A DNA stretch of 64,000 bases from Candidatus Riflebacteria bacterium HGW-Riflebacteria-1. Lineage in GTDB: Bacteria; Muiribacteriota; Ozemobacteria; Ozemobacterales; Ozemobacteraceae. The notes beneath the pieces were generated by a model. That model saw only the letters and a program-made list of their open reading frames with translations, was not told the DNA's origin and ran no database searches. The position numbers were made by a program, and so were the translations under genes. Location: positions 13,817-77,816 of the forward strand of contig PGYB01000011.1 in NCBI GenBank assembly GCA_002839445.1, read 5' to 3'. This document shows, piece by piece, positions 59,476 through 64,000 of this stretch. How positions within the stretch are numbered: position 1 is the stretch's first letter; every line of letters begins with the position of its first letter.

Positions 59476-59991
59476 ATGAAAATTATTACTTCGGCTCTAG
59501 TTCTTCTGTTGACAGCTGCTGCACCTCTTGTTGCCCAGCCACCCGAACGCTCGGTGATCGCCGAGCTGCCGCAGGGCAGGCTTGTTCTCGAACGTTCGAT
59601 AATACCTGATGGTATTGCCTTTAACGACCGCATAACCCTTGAACAGGGCTCAGAAGCGGTTGATGTGTTTGAATCAGAAGGCCGCGCGATTCAACAGGTT
59701 GTTGCTGAAGACCTTGATGGCGACGGCGTCAGCGAATTGCTGGTTCAGATGGACCTCGGCGGCTCCAGCGGTTTCCGAGAATTTGAGCTGCTGCAGTTTA
59801 AAGAAGGCGTCTATCTGCCGGTTTGGCTTGACACTGGCTATGCCGCCGGTGAAGCTTCTATCTCTGATCGAGACGGCAGCGGCCAGAAACGCGTTTATAT
59901 CGAATACACCGATACCGATGTTGAACCCCAGGTCGAAGCCACCGCAGTATTTGAATTCACCGGCGGCACTCTGCAGCGCCTGCAAAAATAA
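59476..59991 (+). CDS. Secreted hypothetical protein (FG-GAP-like DLDGDG motif)
   Basis: Signal peptide; EDLDGDGVSELLV. Confidence 0.75.
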   Translation: MKIITSALVLLLTAAAPLVAQPPERSVIAELPQGRLVLERSIIPDGIAFNDRITLEQGSEAVDVFESEGRAIQQVVAEDLDGDGVSELLVQMDLGGSSGFREFELLQFKEGVYLPVWLDTGYAAGEASISDRDGSGQKRVYIEYTDTDVEPQVEATAVFEFTGGTLQRLQK

Positions 59992-60004
59992 AACTGGAAA
60001 TGAT

Positions 60005-60029
60005 CCAGCGCCCTTAAAGGGGGCGCTGG
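60005..60029. terminator. GC-rich hairpin, possible terminator or stabiliser
   Basis: CCAGCGCCCTT-AAA-GGGGGCGCTGG; no clear U tract. Confidence 0.45.
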
Positions 60030-60061
60030 GTCTAAGCAAAACTTCTGTTACGGAAACTTAA

Positions 60062-62647
60062 TTGATGAATCAGACGATGTGCAGGTTTCCGATAGAAGAG
60101 AGTCTGTCGCAGATCCGGTCTGCGCTTGCTGCCAACCGCGATGTGATACTTTCTGCAGCGCCCGGTGCGGGCAAGTCGACAATTGTGCCGTTAGCGCTCA
60201 AAGACGAGCCGTGGCTGTCCGGAAAGCGCATAATAATTCTGCAGCCCCGCCGTATTGCCGCAGTAACCCTGGCGCGGCGCATGGCTTATCTTGATGGCAC
60301 GGCTCCCGGGACGGTGGTTGGTCATAAAGTTCGTTTCGACAGCAATATAACAGCCTCTACGCGTGTAGAAGTCTTGACCGAAGGCATTCTTACGCGGCGG
60401 CTTCAGAAGGACCCACTGCTGGAAGGCGTTGGTCTGGTCATTTTTGACGAGTTTCATGAACGATCAGTACATACTGATCTGTGTCTGGCCCTGTGTCGCG
60501 AAGTTAAACGCGAAGTCAGGCCTGATCTCAGGCTGATGCTGATGTCGGCAACAGCTGATCTTGAATTGGCGCAAAGCTTTCTTGATCAACCCGAGCTTAT
60601 AGAAGGCAAAGGGTTTCTGCACCCGGTCGAGATAAGCTATCGGCCATTTTCTGCTGGCCGCGACCACATTGGCGCGCTGGCTCGAGCAATCGCCCAGATT
60701 ATTGACGAGTCAGGCGCTGCTGAGGAATTTCTCGTTTTTCTGCCGGGTATGGGTGAAATTATGCGGGTTGCCGATTATCTTGCCGGCAGTGCGGCAACCA
60801 ACAGTCACCAGATCATGCCTTTGCATGGCTCACTCAGCGTCAGCGAGCAGGAAAAAGTGCTGCAACCGGCCTCGCGCCCGCGTATCATTTTAAGTACTAA
60901 TATTGCAGAAACTTCGCTGACTATCGACGGCATAACGGTGGTTATCGATTCAGGAGAAGCACGCTGGCTCGAAGTGGATTCACAAAGCGGTCTTGAGCAG
61001 CTCCGTCTGCACAGAATCAGCCGCTCATCGGCTGTACAGCGTTCCGGTCGCGCGGGTCGAGTGCGCCCGGGCAAAGCCTTTCGACTGTGGAGTCAGGCTG
61101 AGCATCAGCAGATGCCGGAAAACGACCTGCCTGAGATACTCAGAATAGATCCTTCGGCTGCTGTTCTTGAACTTTTTTCCTGGGGCTGCCGCGACCCGAT
61201 ACATTTTAACTGGCTGCAGTCGCCTGGTTCAGAGACTATAGCCCGCGCCGTCGACCTGCTTAAACTGCTGGGAGCAGTTGACGACAATGGCGTAATCAGT
61301 AGCGATGGGCGAAAGATGGTTGAATTGCCGGTAGAACCGCGCCTGGCAAGAATGCTGCTGACTGCAGCTAAACTTGGGATTACAGAATTGGCAGCACTTG
61401 CCGCCGCAGTGATCTGTGAAAAAGACTTTGTAAGAAAAAGCTCTGCCGATGTTGGCGCGATGTTTGGCTACGCCGGCAGCGACGCTGATCTCAGCTGGCG
61501 CCTGCAGCTGTTGAACGACAAAAAAGGAGCCGGTGCAGCAGCCGGCAATGTCGATGAAGGCGCAATCAGAAGAATATTTAAAGTACAGCGGCAATTGCAG
61601 GATCTTCTCGCTGTTGCATCTGAAAGGTTGCGTCCGCACGGTGATGGCGGGCGCAAGTTGCAACAAGCTCTGTTGGCTGCTTTTCCTGACCGGGTTTGCT
61701 TGCGTCGTGGCACTGGCCGCTCGCCAAGCTTTACCATTTGCAGCGGGCAGGGGCTGGCAATCTCTGATACCGGACTTTTGCCGGGTGAGCGTCTGATTCT
61801 GGCACTCCGCCTTGATCTCAACACACGTCCCGGTATGGCTGACGGGCGAGTGTTTCTAGCCTGTGCCATTGCTGAGGAAACTTTGCCTGCACAGGCTCTT
61901 TATAAGCGCAAGCGCGAAATCTTTTTTTCAGATGAGCGTGCCAGAGTTCTTGCCCGTGAGCGTACGTGGTATGGCAAACTCCTGTTGAATGATTGCGAAT
62001 CTGCGCTGAAAAGCGAAGAATCTGCTGACGCAGGACAACTGTTGATGCAGGCGGCTCTGACTTTTCCTGAAAAGGCTCTGGCCTGTTCTGACGAAAAAAA
62101 CTGCGAGTTTATCAATCGTGTGTCAGCTCTTAAAAGCTGTCGGGCCGGTGCTGACTTTCCTGAACTCGACAACAACTGGCTGGCTGAACAGATTCGCGAA
62201 ATGGCGCCTGGCAGCCGCAGTTTTACCGACCTGCAGAAACAGTCGCTTGAGCAGATTTATCTGCAAAAATTGAGCTGGAAGAACCGCGAACTTTTTGAAA
62301 AGCTGGTGCCTGAGCGCTTTGAAGTGCCATCCGGCAGTGCCATAAGAATTCAATATCAGGCCGCCGGCGCTCCAGTGCTGGCTGTCAAAATTCAGGAACT
62401 GTTTGGCATGCCACAGACTCCGGCTCTCTGCAATGGTCAGCTCAAGATGCTTGTTCACCTGTTGTCGCCCGGTGGCCAGCCGGTACAGATAACCGCCGAT
62501 CTTGCCTCTTTCTGGCAAACCGGTTATCAACAGGTGATAAAAGAACTCAAGGGGCGTTACCCGAAACATCGTTGGCCTGACGACCCCGGCAACGCTGTTG
62601 CATTTTATGGCACCAAAAAACAGTTTGCCCGCAAATTCGGCAGCTGA
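60062..62647 (+). CDS. hrpB: ATP-dependent helicase HrpB
   Basis: APGAGKS, QPRRIAA, DEFHER, TNIAETSLTI, QRSGRAGR, LKGRYPKHRWPDDP. Confidence 0.96.
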   Translation: MMNQTMCRFPIEESLSQIRSALAANRDVILSAAPGAGKSTIVPLALKDEPWLSGKRIIILQPRRIAAVTLARRMAYLDGTAPGTVVGHKVRFDSNITASTRVEVLTEGILTRRLQKDPLLEGVGLVIFDEFHERSVHTDLCLALCREVKREVRPDLRLMLMSATADLELAQSFLDQPELIEGKGFLHPVEISYRPFSAGRDHIGALARAIAQIIDESGAAEEFLVFLPGMGEIMRVADYLAGSAATNSHQIMPLHGSLSVSEQEKVLQPASRPRIILSTNIAETSLTIDGITVVIDSGEARWLEVDSQSGLEQLRLHRISRSSAVQRSGRAGRVRPGKAFRLWSQAEHQQMPENDLPEILRIDPSAAVLELFSWGCRDPIHFNWLQSPGSETIARAVDLLKLLGAVDDNGVISSDGRKMVELPVEPRLARMLLTAAKLGITELAALAAAVICEKDFVRKSSADVGAMFGYAGSDADLSWRLQLLNDKKGAGAAAGNVDEGAIRRIFKVQRQLQDLLAVASERLRPHGDGGRKLQQALLAAFPDRVCLRRGTGRSPSFTICSGQGLAISDTGLLPGERLILALRLDLNTRPGMADGRVFLACAIAEETLPAQALYKRKREIFFSDERARVLARERTWYGKLLLNDCESALKSEESADAGQLLMQAALTFPEKALACSDEKNCEFINRVSALKSCRAGADFPELDNNWLAEQIREMAPGSRSFTDLQKQSLEQIYLQKLSWKNRELFEKLVPERFEVPSGSAIRIQYQAAGAPVLAVKIQELFGMPQTPALCNGQLKMLVHLLSPGGQPVQITADLASFWQTGYQQVIKELKGRYPKHRWPDDPGNAVAFYGTKKQFARKFGS

Positions 62648-62691
62648 GCGCAATCACGACAACTCTAACCTGAAAGTTTTGTCTGGCGATA

Positions 62692-62980
62692 GCCCGGCAT
62701 AAGCAGTATGCCCTGGTTCGAACTCTCTAGCTCATGTGTGACAGAGGACTAGTCCTCTGGCAACATTGAATGAGTAGTTTCGCCGGTAAAAAAAATGATG
62801 CAAAATTGCTTTTATAAGAACGTTAACAAGGGCGTAGGCAGGTTTTTTGCACACGAGGTGCTTATGCCGGGCGGCTCAGGATGGAGATCGCCCGGTCCCA
62901 TGCGCGAAAGCTTTTTTGCACCCCGGCAAAAGCGGTATGCCCAAGTTGAATTTATCTACTCAATTGTGACAAAGGACTAG
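62692..62980. repeat. Intergenic inverted/direct repeat element (MITE-like)
   Basis: 14-bp inverted repeat at 62692-62705 / 62859-62872; 18-bp palindrome at 62742-62759; degenerate ~60-bp direct copy at 62922-62980. Confidence 0.7.
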
Positions 62981-64000
62981 AATTCTTTGCCCTTCATGAA
63001 TTCGTTTTTGATGAAGTTGTAGCGCGCGTTGTTAACCTGTTTGAGCCAGTCTTTTGCGCCGAAATAACCGATGACCGCCTGCTGCATGTCGACGTAGGCA
63101 TCAGAACTGCTTTGCGACTTGTCGAAGGTGTCTTTCCATTTTGTGGTTACTTCGGGATGGTAATAGAGAAAGCGCAGAGTCATTTCGCGCAGAAGCGTTT
63201 CTTTAAACCGCTTGCCACGTGCCGCATCGTCGAGTTCGACAAATGACGGCATGAACCATGAGTTCTGGGTAATAAAAATGAACCCTTCAGATGAAAAGGC
63301 GGTTTCGGTGTCAGTTGTCGGCAGATAAGCTATTGCCTGGGTGCAGGTCGAGAAAAACTTTGGCAGCACTTCGAAGAGTTCGACAATCGCGCTTTTGAGA
63401 AGGTCGGGCGCGGTTTTCCATTCTGCCGGAAGACTGGCGGCTGCGGTGCCGACGTCGACTTCGGTCACGATTGGCAGGTAGTCACCGTCGGGAATCTCTG
63501 GTGCGCCGCTGGCTGTAGGTGTTTCGACATTGCCGGGGTCGTCGCCGGGGTCAGTTGTGCTTGAAGCCGCGTCGTCGACCGGCATGTAACCCCAGCCAGA
63601 AATTGTGGCACCACCCATGACATTGTTTTTAACAAAGTCAAAGCGGGCCTGCGACTTGCTTTTTAAGCTGGTTGGTGCTGCACAGTATTCGCCAATAGCA
63701 AAGGCAAGGTCGATCATCAGAGGATTTTTGCCGGGCAGCACAATCATGTTGAGCTCAGCGCCAGGTCCATAAACCTTGGTCGAGTAAGTACCGTAGGTTA
63801 CCGCTCTGCCGTAAGCCTTGAATACGTCAGGGTTTTCCTGGATAAAGCTGTAGGCCATGCCGCGGGCAAGAATGTATTTAAAGCGTGCTATTTTTTCAGC
63901 GCTGGTCGGCATGCGCTTATAGGTTGCCTTGAATTTATTGGTGTAAACAGAAGACGGAAACATTGAGCCATAGCCCATCTGAACAATGCCATGCTGGTCG
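62977..64000 (-). CDS. Hypothetical protein, C-terminal part (5' end outside the window)
   Basis: Frame open to the window edge; P/D/T-rich linker. Confidence 0.75.
   Translation of the reverse strand, partial: DQHGIVQMGYGSMFPSSVYTNKFKATYKRMPTSAEKIARFKYILARGMAYSFIQENPDVFKAYGRAVTYGTYSTKVYGPGAELNMIVLPGKNPLMIDLAFAIGEYCAAPTSLKSKSQARFDFVKNNVMGGATISGWGYMPVDDAASSTTDPGDDPGNVETPTASGAPEIPDGDYLPIVTEVDVGTAAASLPAEWKTAPDLLKSAIVELFEVLPKFFSTCTQAIAYLPTTDTETAFSSEGFIFITQNSWFMPSFVELDDAARGKRFKETLLREMTLRFLYYHPEVTTKWKDTFDKSQSSSDAYVDMQQAVIGYFGAKDWLKQVNNARYNFIKNEFMKGKEF

Overview
Bacterial chromosomal window of about 50% GC. The gene repertoire (giant prepilin-motif proteins, many HAMP-cyclases, TolC/RND) suggests a diderm, possibly Candidatus Riflebacteria; this is inference only. 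From left to right: an AT-richer type I-E cas operon (cas3-cas8e-cse2-cas7-cas5-cas6e-cas1, with cas1 frameshifted and no array in the window); three paralogous, translationally coupled pairs of ~1000-aa membrane HAMP/class III cyclases with the catalytic residues split between partners (C1-like plus C2-like); and an ORF-free, apparently highly structured ~1,064-nt transcription unit (18277-19340) with its own UP element, sigma70 promoter, paired termini and intrinsic terminator. That unit is the best candidate for an undescribed system, a giant ncRNA. The window also holds an ACT/DUF711 pair, a decaying TA/Uma2/Bro-N island, a type IV pilin-like cluster with an 1808-aa pilin-adhesin fusion, ackA, a leaderless Phd-PIN TA operon, an RND efflux system, a lytic transglycosylase, hrpB, and several unusual intergenic repeat elements.
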